Positions 10,901 through 19,709 of a DNA stretch of 64,000 nt are shown one piece after another. The DNA lies in IMG/VR virus record IMGVR_UViG_3300035696_000020, positions 1 to 64,000 of that record; one strand, 5' to 3'. Position 1 is the stretch's first letter. Every line of letters starts with the position of its first letter. Source of the DNA: a virus. Both the position numbers and the translations under genes were made by a program. A model generated the notes under the pieces. It worked only from the letters and a program-made list of their open reading frames with translations. It made no database searches and was not told where the DNA came from.

Positions 10901-11479
10901 CAACTTGATAATTATTCAATGCTACCAGACTATATAAATCCCATTCGTAATTATGTAAGAGGGCAAACAGATAAAGAATTTCAAGCAGTTAAAGGTCGGT
11001 TTGGTACTGATGTTTCCGCAGTTGGCACCGAACTTGCGAAAACATTCCGTGGCGTTGGCGCAATGAGTGAAAGAGAAGCAGCCGACTGGCAACATAAATT
11101 TGGTATGAATATGTCTCCGGTTGAAATGCGCGCCGCTCTCCAAGAAGCAGGCGAAAAGTTAGTTAACGCACGCTTGGAAGCTTCCACAAATAGGTATAAT
11201 GATGCCGTTGGCCCTGGCTATGAAAGATCGCCTGTTTCATGGCTTAGCAGGGAAGGTCAAGCATCATTGAAATACATAATGTCAGTTGATCCTCAGACTG
11301 GAAAGCCCTTGACTGTCGATGTCTCAAAGCGGCCAGAAGATGTCCAACGAGGTGCTACCACTGTACCGCAGACATTGCCACCCGAGGCGCAACGCAACCT
11401 CAAAGAAGGAGAGCCGACACATTTCCGCAACGGACAGACTTGGACGCTTAGGAACGGCCAGCCCGTGAGAGTGCAATAA
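7961..11479 (+). CDS. DNA ejection protein with internal peptidase S74 domain (probable ATC start)
   Basis: GGAGG 7951-7955 then in-frame ATC GGC CAA AAA GGA (MGQKGSQTTTSTT); Gln/Ala/Gly-rich; SDRRIKENI...GLIAQNVE...VNY at ~8861-9050. Confidence 0.75.
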   Translation: MGQKGSQTTTSTTQPNSVAMGNYYNLLSQAGNVAAQPYVPYSGELVAPVNAQQQTGIGNINQYSEAAQPALQTSEGMAYNAAQPITQSQIQGYMSPYTQDVVNATEQQFQNQNAIQQSGVTGNAIAQGALGGNRSAVAQGIVAGQQQAAEAPVIAGLENQGYTTGLNTALTEQQAMGQGALSLGNLATAAQNAGLTGANAQVGAGTLEQQTQQAADTAQQNAFYQQEFAPEAMLSWESGIDTGVGSQMGGTSTTTAPAPSVLSQMLGLGTGALGILGGTGAFGSQGYLNYNNPNSIFGSGSDRRIKENIKRIGKLNDGQPIYRFNYKGDPATHIGLIAQNVEKKHPDAVREFNGIKHVNYDEATRDAVRRNSGGLVPHFDGGGNVNAASLEPELQQALLGLEQQQQDVIGSARGGVVPHFDAGGITPYFSNRYIPTQPITRGSGPPRPPNSPQQPNAQQMTNQIGSLTKALTGGGQSQGVNPTNVPGATNQYGVTAQNGQPTTSPSFGPVGMVPDVVPLGGGAGNVTGIYRRGGVVPGYADGGGDDSFNDRFAGWQDLPSPTEGLGLAPNLRSDWQSGDAYPLRDVNPKTDFTPDRGGIFDPTTGTSTSYENPYRVDETPLPRSRPQVEDTDTINTPEGDVSVAQVGRGLNGPLPDDLMSFADTGQAPSAGVAPSGIDLSGSSKLWPALMSAGFGMMASRSPFPGVAIGEGGERGVGTYTQLAEKEAEHKLSQEQINNAAKKLSDEAEYHNKMLAQKTAPHVIAEEERETLTGTQKKKIYGDWDPVLKRYVPVEYTPANASKKSPLAPLTPQEAPQPNAPQQPQQVTPPPPQHYDESLAPGGIHDAETARMGSAEPGISPQEKQWRQGVEQNWTRSVAPPGAQTGQIELHPEVLQKYSPSEQSLIKGIAEYKQKPPPLGRDAAIRLAAAVREYSPTYDEARYPTRAAAMKAFVGNGPEARNLQSIDMAIQHVAGAMHNIDQLDNYSMLPDYINPIRNYVRGQTDKEFQAVKGRFGTDVSAVGTELAKTFRGVGAMSEREAADWQHKFGMNMSPVEMRAALQEAGEKLVNARLEASTNRYNDAVGPGYERSPVSWLSREGQASLKYIMSVDPQTGKPLTVDVSKRPEDVQRGATTVPQTLPPEAQRNLKEGEPTHFRNGQTWTLRNGQPVRVQ

Positions 11480-11563
11480 TTTCGTGGATAGCCGTGCGCG
11501 GTGGGTTGCGTCAGTGCGTAGAGACATGCGATCTTAAGGGATGGTCGCTCGGAGATAGCCGTT

Positions 11564-11749
11564 ATGTCTAAGTGTTGTTCGCATCCTATCCACGAAATCA
11601 GAGTCGTGGCGCTGATAATTCTAGGCGTCACCACCATGGGCGTCGGCGTCGTTGGGATTGGCCAAGGATACACTTGGCTAGGCTTTCTCTTGGCTGCAAT
11701 GGGGTGCGGTGGCATAGGGTTGGCTTGGCACACTGAAGGGGATGAGTGA
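11564..11749 (+). CDS. Small two-TM membrane protein
   Basis: GGAG RBS; two hydrophobic segments. Confidence 0.55.
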   Translation: MSKCCSHPIHEIRVVALIILGVTTMGVGVVGIGQGYTWLGFLLAAMGCGGIGLAWHTEGDE

Positions 11750-12063
11750 TGAGAATGATCGGTACTGTGTCATCATTCGATGACCTCGTTAATAAATCAT
11801 CAAATTTGGATAATCAAACGGACGGTTCCGTTGGTGGAGTGTCCAAAGATGGTGATCCTTACGTTACGTTTCATCTAGGATGCGCTCTTGGGCATCCAGA
11901 TGACGCCAATGCTGAGGCCAAGGTATCACAGACTATCGCCAACCACATTGATGGTTATTTGGCCGGAAGAGATGGCACTATCTATTGGAGAGATAGGCCA
12001 GCTTTGGAAAAGTCAATAGAGCAACTGACTATACGCTGTAGACTTGCGGCATCAAGTCGATGA
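11746..12063 (+). CDS. Hypothetical protein (paralog of 13186..13779)
   Basis: GRDGTIYWRD motif shared with GRNGKLYWRD. Confidence 0.6.
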   Translation: MMRMIGTVSSFDDLVNKSSNLDNQTDGSVGGVSKDGDPYVTFHLGCALGHPDDANAEAKVSQTIANHIDGYLAGRDGTIYWRDRPALEKSIEQLTIRCRLAASSR

Positions 12064-12689
12064 ATCCGTATGACATCCCTTGGTCAGACTTTTATGTAGA
12101 ACTAGCAAAGCCAGGGAATTGGGCGAAAGTATGGAGAGAGGGGGAAAAAATGACTTCCGTAAGATTAACAAAAGTTAACAATTGTCTCAAGGCATACACG
12201 CCAATTGTTCAGAAAATTTCTGAACAATTTGATGCCGATATTGTTCTCAACGTTGATTACACAACGGATGATTTTGTCATCTCTGTGCGTCGGCCAAAAA
12301 GAGAAGGTCGGTTTGGCATTTATGAACAAGCGAGACTTCCGTATTGGTCGCTCGGCGATCCGATGCTATTCGAAATGCTGGTTCGCAAGTTTGTGAAATA
12401 CAAACCGTATGCTGAGAAGAGCGACGGCAAATCTATCTCAGGTGAAGACCTCAAAAAAGCAAGAGAGCAAATATTGCCAGCATTGGTTGGTTATAACAAA
12501 GATGTCGAGTTCGATATCAGGATAGACTTCTTTAGTGGTGAACTTGTTGTTCTTGGGCTTAACCAAGGTAATCGTAAGATCGCAATGTATAAAATATGGC
12601 CAGAAAACATTCATGATGCCCATAACGAAATCAAGAAGGGTGTAGCGCAAATTCTTCCGCAATTAGTTGAGCAAGCGACGATACGATGA
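12060..12689 (+). CDS. Hypothetical protein with two internal repeats (paralog of 14392..14682)
   Basis: DADIVLNVDYTTDDFVISV / DVEFDIRIDFFSGELVVLG. Confidence 0.6.
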   Translation: MNPYDIPWSDFYVELAKPGNWAKVWREGEKMTSVRLTKVNNCLKAYTPIVQKISEQFDADIVLNVDYTTDDFVISVRRPKREGRFGIYEQARLPYWSLGDPMLFEMLVRKFVKYKPYAEKSDGKSISGEDLKKAREQILPALVGYNKDVEFDIRIDFFSGELVVLGLNQGNRKIAMYKIWPENIHDAHNEIKKGVAQILPQLVEQATIR

Positions 12690-12946
12690 AGACCATCTCC
12701 TTGAAAGAGGCGCATATGCTTAGCCTGAAAGGTGAAGCTGAAAAGAGAGTTGATGCCTATTGCACCCTGTTGAATAAGTTCATAAAGAATACGATATCTT
12801 CGTTGTCCGAAGAACAGGTCGAGGCGGCTGAAATCTGTAAAATGCCGTTGGATCAATACGCCATATACATGATGATTGATAGGATGAAAGACGAGAAGGA
12901 GGAGGGAGAACATGGTCGAGATTCTAAAGTGTCGTCCGAACGATAA
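12686..12946 (+). CDS. Hypothetical protein
   Basis: ATGA-coupled ORF. Confidence 0.5.
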   Translation: MKTISLKEAHMLSLKGEAEKRVDAYCTLLNKFIKNTISSLSEEQVEAAEICKMPLDQYAIYMMIDRMKDEKEEGEHGRDSKVSSER

Positions 12947-13184
12947 ATCTACCTACACCACCGAAAATTTCATGCACGACCTTCGATATACGATGGAGAA
13001 GCGCGTTAATCCTTTGCTAAGTGATCTAGCAAGAATTAATGCAGACACAAATGAAGGGACGTTTGCAAAATGTGAAATATTTGCCTTTCTAGTGTGTCTT
13101 CAACATAACTTGGATACGTTGGGAAAGTGCGAGGGAGAAGCCCGCAACAACCGCATTTGGGATGCAGTTCGCAGAGGGGGATAA
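12912..13184 (+). CDS. Hypothetical protein
   Basis: GGAGGGAG RBS. Confidence 0.55.
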   Translation: MVEILKCRPNDKSTYTTENFMHDLRYTMEKRVNPLLSDLARINADTNEGTFAKCEIFAFLVCLQHNLDTLGKCEGEARNNRIWDAVRRGG

Positions 13185-13185
13185 G

Positions 13186-13779
13186 ATGGATCGTCGTACC
13201 GTATCGCTTGGCATTCTGTCCGCAGCCGCTTGTATTAGTCTCCCAACCATAGTCCGCGCATCACCAAAAACAATTGAAGATTACATATCATACATAGAGG
13301 ACTGGTTCCCATTAGGAACTAGGACCGGCTATCGACGCGACTACAAGAACGAACTATTCACCATTGAGATGTTGGATGGCTCGATAAGAAAATACAAGGG
13401 TCAATGGCGCCGTGTTCCTGGCATGAGAGGTTCTTTCATAGATGTCTCCGTGACAGGAGAGCGATTTGAAAATATCTGGGGATCAGATGGACCTGATCCA
13501 ATAACTTATCCAAGTCAAAAGGTGGCAGTTGAAGCCTCGTTGGACGCGTTTAATGATTGGGCGAGAGGACGTAATGGTAAATTATACTGGCGCGATTGGC
13601 GTAAGACATGGTTTGCTTTCCGTGACTACACTAAAAAATATTCAGCATGGATAGGAGGCGGTAGTTATGGTAAAGGCTCTATCCCTGAAAGCGCGACGGA
13701 ATTTCATATAACACCATCTTTATTAGTTAGCGAAAAGCCAATCTTGCCCGTAGGGGTTGACCCAACTTACAGTCACTAA
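13186..13779 (+). CDS. Hypothetical exported protein, twin-arginine-like leader
   Basis: MDRRTVSLGILSAAACISLPTIVRA; GAGGGG RBS. Confidence 0.6.
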   Translation: MDRRTVSLGILSAAACISLPTIVRASPKTIEDYISYIEDWFPLGTRTGYRRDYKNELFTIEMLDGSIRKYKGQWRRVPGMRGSFIDVSVTGERFENIWGSDGPDPITYPSQKVAVEASLDAFNDWARGRNGKLYWRDWRKTWFAFRDYTKKYSAWIGGGSYGKGSIPESATEFHITPSLLVSEKPILPVGVDPTYSH

Positions 13780-13846
13780 AAGAAACGGGGATTAACAAAT
13801 ACCGTGGAGTGATAAGAAATCGTTCTTTTCTTGTGAGGATGGTGTT

Positions 13847-14146
13847 ATGGATAAGGGTAATGCGCCGAAGCCAATCTCGTTGGTGGTTGAAGAGGTTAAG
13901 TACAAACTTGGAGCTTTGCCGAGCGGTGTTGTTGTAGAAGCAGGCGATGATTGTGTTTTGGTCGGGAGCAAAGGCTTAGACCTTGGATTCTGCATCACCA
14001 GAAATTGCATAGACAATGAAGACTATCTTGGGTCGCATCTAAGAGCGTCATGGCGTGGATTCCTAATGGCATCAGCTAAGAAATGTAGAACTATGGCGGA
14101 TGAATTTGATTCGTGGTTGACTAAAGTTCATGGGCCGGAAGAATGA
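13847..14146 (+). CDS. Hypothetical protein
   Basis: GAGG RBS, 99 aa. Confidence 0.5.
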   Translation: MDKGNAPKPISLVVEEVKYKLGALPSGVVVEAGDDCVLVGSKGLDLGFCITRNCIDNEDYLGSHLRASWRGFLMASAKKCRTMADEFDSWLTKVHGPEE

Positions 14147-14379
14147 AACAGGCTGAACGGGACACACCATTTTACTGCCGCATTGTTGATTTGCTCGGTA
14201 AGGCCGGTCTTATCGCTGAGGGTGAGATTATAGAATCAACGTTAATGGATGATGGAACAATCGTTTTGCGTTATTCAGGTGACCAGTCTGATTTCGAAAT
14301 GCCTAATTGGCCCTATTACAGTGGTGGGACCAAGCATATCACCACTGGGGGTGGCTGTCCTGGCGCTCAAACACATTAA
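14143..14379 (+). CDS. Hypothetical protein
   Basis: ATGA-coupled ORF. Confidence 0.5.
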   Translation: MKQAERDTPFYCRIVDLLGKAGLIAEGEIIESTLMDDGTIVLRYSGDQSDFEMPNWPYYSGGTKHITTGGGCPGAQTH

Positions 14380-14391
14380 GGGGACATTGCG

Positions 14392-14682
14392 ATGAGAGTT
14401 AGTAATTTGAATTTTTTACGGCCTTATGTAGAGAAAGATTATAAGGCTCTGATTGACAAAAGAAATCTGTTGCTTCCTGGAGTAGTACAGTTTGACAAGC
14501 GAGTAGAAGCTAACATTTTGGTTGACTTTTGTGAAGAAAAGTTAGTTCTTCTAGTTAAGAAAAATGACGGTGATGACGGTGGAGTTATAGTATTTCAAAC
14601 TATCAGTGCTTCGATGGGTTGGCCAGAAGTTAGACAAGTCTTAAGTAAAATGTGCAATACGTTGGGGGTGCCAATTGTTTGA
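14392..14682 (+). CDS. Hypothetical protein (paralog of 12060..12689)
   Basis: KRNLLLPGVVQFDKRVEANILVDFCEEKLVLLV aligns with AREQILPALVGYNKDVEFDIRIDFFSGELVVLG. Confidence 0.6.
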   Translation: MRVSNLNFLRPYVEKDYKALIDKRNLLLPGVVQFDKRVEANILVDFCEEKLVLLVKKNDGDDGGVIVFQTISASMGWPEVRQVLSKMCNTLGVPIV

Positions 14683-14911
14683 TTTTTCACAGATCAATGG
14701 ATGGGAAAAGTTCAATCTCCCAGAGAGATTTAAGCCTACATTTGATAGAGAGAACGGAATAATCAAGATTGCTGGCTTTACTTACAAAGTCACAAAATCT
14801 GGTACGTTAGAAATAATTGGGGTTATAGAACCATATCCTTTGACAAACTCATGGGTTGCAATGGCATTAAGTCCATGGAATTGGTCAACTATAAACGGCG
14901 GCGCAGCATGA
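14675..14911 (+). CDS. Hypothetical protein
   Basis: GGGGG RBS, TTG start. Confidence 0.45.
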   Translation: MFDFSQINGWEKFNLPERFKPTFDRENGIIKIAGFTYKVTKSGTLEIIGVIEPYPLTNSWVAMALSPWNWSTINGGAA

Positions 14912-14963
14912 TTTCATTGACAACGCCGATAATTTTCTCACGAAGTCTAAGGGATAGTGAAGA

Positions 14964-15242
14964 ATGACTATCAAGATTAGTCACTACGAAGGTCGGATTG
15001 AGATTACCAGAGTCCCGATAGATCAACTCACAGCCCAAACGATCTCACTGAGCATATATGAGGTTGTAGAATTAGTTAATTATCTAAAAGTGATCCTGCC
15101 GGTGGCAGAACAGTGGCATTCAGAGTATCTAAAAAGCAGATTGTTTGAAGCACAATACGATGTGAGGTTGGCAGAAAATCGCGTTAAGCAATACGAACAA
15201 AAGATTGAAGATGATAAGAGGCAAATAATTGGCAGAAAATGA
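14964..15242 (+). CDS. Hypothetical protein with C-terminal coiled coil
   Basis: 92 aa ORF, AAGGGA RBS. Confidence 0.5.
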   Translation: MTIKISHYEGRIEITRVPIDQLTAQTISLSIYEVVELVNYLKVILPVAEQWHSEYLKSRLFEAQYDVRLAENRVKQYEQKIEDDKRQIIGRK

Positions 15243-18200
15243 TTGGGATGTAGTCAGTCAACCATCTACCAATAATGACTGGGACGTAGTTCCCAAGGCT
15301 CAGGAAAGTAATGAGCCTAGTATAGCTGGCGATGTTGCCAAATCTCTCGGAACTGGTGTTACAAAGGGGGTTATTGGTCTTCCTGGCTTGGCTGGAGATA
15401 TTGCAGAACTTGGTGGTGCAGGCATCGACTGGGCAGCCAAGAAATTTATGTCACCTGAGCAATTCGCTCGATATCAAGAGGCGAATGCAGGTCGAGAGAA
15501 TCCACTTCCTACTTCTGCGGACATTGTTCATGGCGTAGAGAAAGTTACGGGACAGTTTCATGAGCCCGAGACTACCGCCGGCAGATATGCTCAGACAGTT
15601 GGAGAATTTCTACCTGCGGTCGTCGGCGGCCCTGAGTCTATTGGGACAAGACTTGCAACTCGTGTTGCGGTTCCGGCAATTGCAAGCGAGACTGCGGGAG
15701 AATTAGCGCACGGGACAAGTCTTGAACCTGCGGCACGAATTGCGGGTGCACTCGTTGGACGTAGTGGTGCGTCAATGGCTGAACGAGCATTGGCGCCGGG
15801 TCCTAACATTCCAACTCTTGAAGAATTGCATGATGCGGCAAGTGCGAACTACCGCAATGCGCGCAATTATGGAGTTGAAATAAGACGCCCTCCTGTAGCA
15901 CGTCTTGCCGATGATATTTATTCTGACCTATCCAATGATGGGTTTCGTGGCTTGAACGTTCCTAAGACATGGGGGGCGATAGACGAATTAAAGAATCCAG
16001 CGGGAAAGTATGTCACCATTGATGACATCGAATCGGTACGGAAGGCATTGTTACGTGCTGGTGCTAATCCGTTGGAAGGTGCAGAAAGAGAGGCTTCAAG
16101 GCGTGCAATTTCTGCAATCGATAACTATATGTCGAATCTACAGCCAGGGCATGTCGCGATTAATCCACACTATGCAATGGATGTAGCCGACGAAATAAAG
16201 GAAGCGCGGGGCAATTGGGGTGCCTATAAACGCGGTGAATTGATTGAGAGCAAGGGGGAGTCTGCGCTTGACCAAACAGGCGCGACTGGTTCGGGGGCCA
16301 ATATCAACAATGTCATTCGCCAAAAAGTCAAGTCTGTACTCAATAATCCAAAACAACTACGCGGATTCACAGATGACGAAATCGCACAGATGCGGAAAGT
16401 CGTTCGTGGAACGTCAACGGGAAACGTGGGACGTGCAGTCGGGAAACTCGCGCCCACAGGCATCGTCTCGGGCGCATTGGGCGTCGATCTTGGTATGGCC
16501 TTGGCTGGGGCTACTCCGTTCGCTCTCGGTGTGCCTTTGCTTGGGAAGATTGCGAAGACAATCGGAGACGCTTCAACCAAACGACAATTTGAACGGTTGG
16601 CGAGGATGGTTCGGGCTAGATCACCGCTCGGACAATCATTGCCGCAACCGACCGCGCCCACTCCTGTTTCAGCAAGTGACTATGGGCGAACTGGATTACT
16701 TGCAGGACAGGCCGCAGAAATGGGACGAGCATCTGGCGGCGCAGTCTGCGAGGACACCATTCCAGAGCAACGCGCATCCATGGAAGACTGGAACCCAAAA
16801 GAAATGGAACGTGCAGAAGGCGGACGCATAACCGAAAAGCCACCGCTCAAAACACGCAAGAAATCTGGCTACTCAGCAACACGCGGGAAGCCAGACCATC
16901 ACTGCGGGCCGGATAAGTCATGGCCTACGGGATATTGCAAGCACTTCATTGCACCGCATAAATGTGCAATTGTGGCGGGTCACATTGCAAAGCGCGGTTC
17001 ATGTGCATGGTGGGCTGCTGCCCATCCTGAACGTGCGGCTGGCGGCAGACTAGGATTTGATGACGGTGGTGACGTGCCCGTTGTTATGAGTGATGAAAGT
17101 GATCCGGTTCTAGTTGGCGAACGCTATGCTGCGAATCTACCTAGAGGCAACGCACCTACTGTACTTCCAGAGGGAGGTGGTCGAGGGCGTACTGGCGGGT
17201 ATAGCGGAGGCCCAACCGTAGAAGCACCGAATTACGGCGATCTAGGTGATTTACGTGGTGAGATGAATAAACTTATCGCTGAATCAAAAACCGCACCTCC
17301 ACGTGTCGTTGAACCTGAAATCATTCCACCATCTTCGCCAAAGGTACAACAGGCCATTGACCGCCTAAAGGCATGGCTACCGATCAATGAGCGCAATGGT
17401 CCTAACCCTGCGATACGCAAAAACATTGAGATCATGGAACGCGGTGGTAAGATGGCCGAAGGGATGGCCGACCATACATTGAAAACTTGGAGCGAACCAC
17501 CGCAACGAGGCATCCCAAGCAATGTGATCGAAGGTGATTTGGCGCCGCTTCAACTCCCACCTAAAGCAGACGGAGGCCGCATTCATCCCGAGACAATGCA
17601 GGCGCCTGACGGACATCATTATCTACCTGACCCTAAGCGTGCAAGCGGTGGGCGTGTAGAGCCTGCAAACATCAATCACAATCCAACCGAAGCACAAGCC
17701 AAAGCTGGGAATTATGCCAAGGACAGATTGAGCTTTTTTGGCCTCGAACTCTCAATTGAGAATGCGAAAGGCTCAATTCGAAAAGGCAAAGACAAGGACG
17801 GCCGTGAATGGGCCGTTCGTTTGCCTTACAATTACGGTCATCTCCGACGCCAACCAGAAGCCGCAGACGGAGACGCCGTTGATATTATCCTTGGCCCGCA
17901 CACGAAGTCTCGTAAGGTCTTTGTAGTAGACCAACACGACGCCGAGACAGGCGAATATGACGAGATAAAGGCACTCTTGGGCTATGCCACACGGACTCAG
18001 GCCGAAAAGGCATACAAGGTAGGCTTCTCAGACGGCAAGGGCCACAAGCGCCTAGGTCATCTTGCGGAGATGGACGTTAGCCATTTTCGTGACTGGCTAG
18101 AGAACGGAGACACCAAGGCACCTATCAAGGGCACACATTACGCACCCAAGATCGATCTCAGCCACGATGTCAAAGTAATGAGTGAATTGTCCCGTGACGG

Positions 18201-18582
18201 CTCAATCTTCTACGGAGATAGGTCTTTGCCGCGTAAGATCATGAATAACGGCAAACAATTGGACCCTATTGAACCATTGATTCAGCATGAAAAGGCAGAA
18301 TACATCGCTATGCGTGAAGCTGTTGCAGCCTTTAAGACAAAGAATGGCCGCGATCCAACGCATGCTGAGCGTGTAATCATCTATAAAAAATCGCATCGTG
18401 ACCATGGCAACGTTGCCGAAAAACACTGGATCGACAGCAATGGTTATTCGTGGGGCGAATGGGAAGCATGGTGTAGAGGTGAATTGGACCGACTTGAACA
18501 CAAAAAGGTCATAAATCCGCCTAAAAATCCTGATGTAAAGCCTGCCCCTCACGATAGGAGGGAGTTGGAATCAACGGTTTGA
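15229..18582 (+). CDS. Polyvalent DNA ejection protein (HiPIP-like, inorganic pyrophosphatase and HExxE domains)
   Basis: NDWDVV N-terminal repeats; InPase motifs GNY.K..IEN.KGS.R.G.D..G..W, YG....DGD.VD, DQ....YDE.K; 4-Cys module; QHEKAE. Confidence 0.75.
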   Translation: MAENDWDVVSQPSTNNDWDVVPKAQESNEPSIAGDVAKSLGTGVTKGVIGLPGLAGDIAELGGAGIDWAAKKFMSPEQFARYQEANAGRENPLPTSADIVHGVEKVTGQFHEPETTAGRYAQTVGEFLPAVVGGPESIGTRLATRVAVPAIASETAGELAHGTSLEPAARIAGALVGRSGASMAERALAPGPNIPTLEELHDAASANYRNARNYGVEIRRPPVARLADDIYSDLSNDGFRGLNVPKTWGAIDELKNPAGKYVTIDDIESVRKALLRAGANPLEGAEREASRRAISAIDNYMSNLQPGHVAINPHYAMDVADEIKEARGNWGAYKRGELIESKGESALDQTGATGSGANINNVIRQKVKSVLNNPKQLRGFTDDEIAQMRKVVRGTSTGNVGRAVGKLAPTGIVSGALGVDLGMALAGATPFALGVPLLGKIAKTIGDASTKRQFERLARMVRARSPLGQSLPQPTAPTPVSASDYGRTGLLAGQAAEMGRASGGAVCEDTIPEQRASMEDWNPKEMERAEGGRITEKPPLKTRKKSGYSATRGKPDHHCGPDKSWPTGYCKHFIAPHKCAIVAGHIAKRGSCAWWAAAHPERAAGGRLGFDDGGDVPVVMSDESDPVLVGERYAANLPRGNAPTVLPEGGGRGRTGGYSGGPTVEAPNYGDLGDLRGEMNKLIAESKTAPPRVVEPEIIPPSSPKVQQAIDRLKAWLPINERNGPNPAIRKNIEIMERGGKMAEGMADHTLKTWSEPPQRGIPSNVIEGDLAPLQLPPKADGGRIHPETMQAPDGHHYLPDPKRASGGRVEPANINHNPTEAQAKAGNYAKDRLSFFGLELSIENAKGSIRKGKDKDGREWAVRLPYNYGHLRRQPEAADGDAVDIILGPHTKSRKVFVVDQHDAETGEYDEIKALLGYATRTQAEKAYKVGFSDGKGHKRLGHLAEMDVSHFRDWLENGDTKAPIKGTHYAPKIDLSHDVKVMSELSRDGSIFYGDRSLPRKIMNNGKQLDPIEPLIQHEKAEYIAMREAVAAFKTKNGRDPTHAERVIIYKKSHRDHGNVAEKHWIDSNGYSWGEWEAWCRGELDRLEHKKVINPPKNPDVKPAPHDRRELESTV

Positions 18583-18761
18583 CCCCTATGAAACGTCCGT
18601 ATAAATTTTTAACAGATGACATTAAGAGAGATGTGGCTGATTTATATAGTCGCGGTGTAACGTATAGAGAAATTTCAGAAAAACATGGTGGACTGAAAGA
18701 AAAGATAGAAGAAGACAGCAAAACAGAGAAGGCGCAAAAAAGAAAAGAGCCTCTTTGGTAG
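18579..18761 (+). CDS. Short HTH-like protein, possibly truncated
   Basis: VADLYSRGVTYREISEKHG. Confidence 0.45.
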   Translation: MTPMKRPYKFLTDDIKRDVADLYSRGVTYREISEKHGGLKEKIEEDSKTEKAQKRKEPLW

Positions 18762-18994
18762 AGGCTAACAAGAAAAAACGACTTGAACGTGCTGCCCTCG
18801 TCGCTGATTTGTATCAAACAACAAAGATGACGTATAGGGAACTTGCTCAAAAATTTAATGTATCAGACACGACTATTGAGTACTGGCTAGATATGGTAGG
18901 GACAAAGCGCACAAGAAAGCATAAAAAGACAAATACTAATCCTGCTCCCAATGCACACGAGCGCGGTGACCTCCAGACCACCATCAAAACCTAA
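18755..18994 (+). CDS. HTH DNA-binding protein
   Basis: MTYRELAQKFNVSDTTIEYWL. Confidence 0.7.
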   Translation: MVEANKKKRLERAALVADLYQTTKMTYRELAQKFNVSDTTIEYWLDMVGTKRTRKHKKTNTNPAPNAHERGDLQTTIKT

Positions 18995-19095
18995 GCCAGA
19001 AGACCCTTTAAGTACGGCTGCGTCCTGGCGTGCTTCCAAACGAAAGAAGCGCCTAGTTCGTCGCCGTAAGAGGAAGGCTGAACGTTTCGGCAAGC

Positions 19096-19302
19096 CTAAA
19101 CCTTATTCCACCTCTTGACTTCCTCTGGCGTGAACCCGTGCCGCAACATCAAATGAAGCACCATCGCCACGGATTCCGGGATGTCATGCACGCCTTGGAG
19201 CCAGCGCCGGCATGTCCGGTCGTTCACCTTAAAGAACACGGCGGCGCTATGGTGGTCGAGGTCCAGTTGTTGGAGCATGTAGTCTAGTTCTGCGGAAGTC
19301 AT
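19096..19302 (-). CDS. XRE/Cro-like HTH regulator
   Basis: MT..EL...L..L......AA.FF.V..RT.RRW..G...IP. Confidence 0.8.
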   Translation of the reverse strand: MTSAELDYMLQQLDLDHHSAAVFFKVNDRTCRRWLQGVHDIPESVAMVLHLMLRHGFTPEEVKRWNKV

Positions 19303-19700
19303 GGCATGGCCTTCTTGGGCAACGCTGCTTCGATCTGATCGAGCATTGCGTCAGTTGCCTCAGCCGGTGCCATGTTATGCAGCCGTCGTTTAATTTCCTC
19401 AAATCGCTGCCGACGCTTTGTAGCCGCCATTTTCTCTTTTATTTCAGCATCGGTACTCTCGTCCCATAGTTTGAGATGTCGTCTTGACCATCCACCGCCA
19501 GTCTCGACAGCAGACCATGAGACTTCATCATCATATGCAGTGCGCCACGGCCGCCACTGTTGAGGTGAACCTTTGAGTGTGAAATTTCCGGATTTGTGGA
19601 CCTTATCCACGAAGGCTTCCGTATAGTCATCAACGTAGCGGGATTTTATTGCGACCCGTGCGCCTGGGATAAACGGGCTGTCTGCTGGTGGCTGTCTCAT
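19299..19700 (-). CDS. Hypothetical protein
   Basis: GGAGGG RBS; SH3-like N-terminus. Confidence 0.6.
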   Translation of the reverse strand: MRQPPADSPFIPGARVAIKSRYVDDYTEAFVDKVHKSGNFTLKGSPQQWRPWRTAYDDEVSWSAVETGGGWSRRHLKLWDESTDAEIKEKMAATKRRQRFEEIKRRLHNMAPAEATDAMLDQIEAALPKKAMP

Positions 19701-19709
19701 GGGTCCCTC

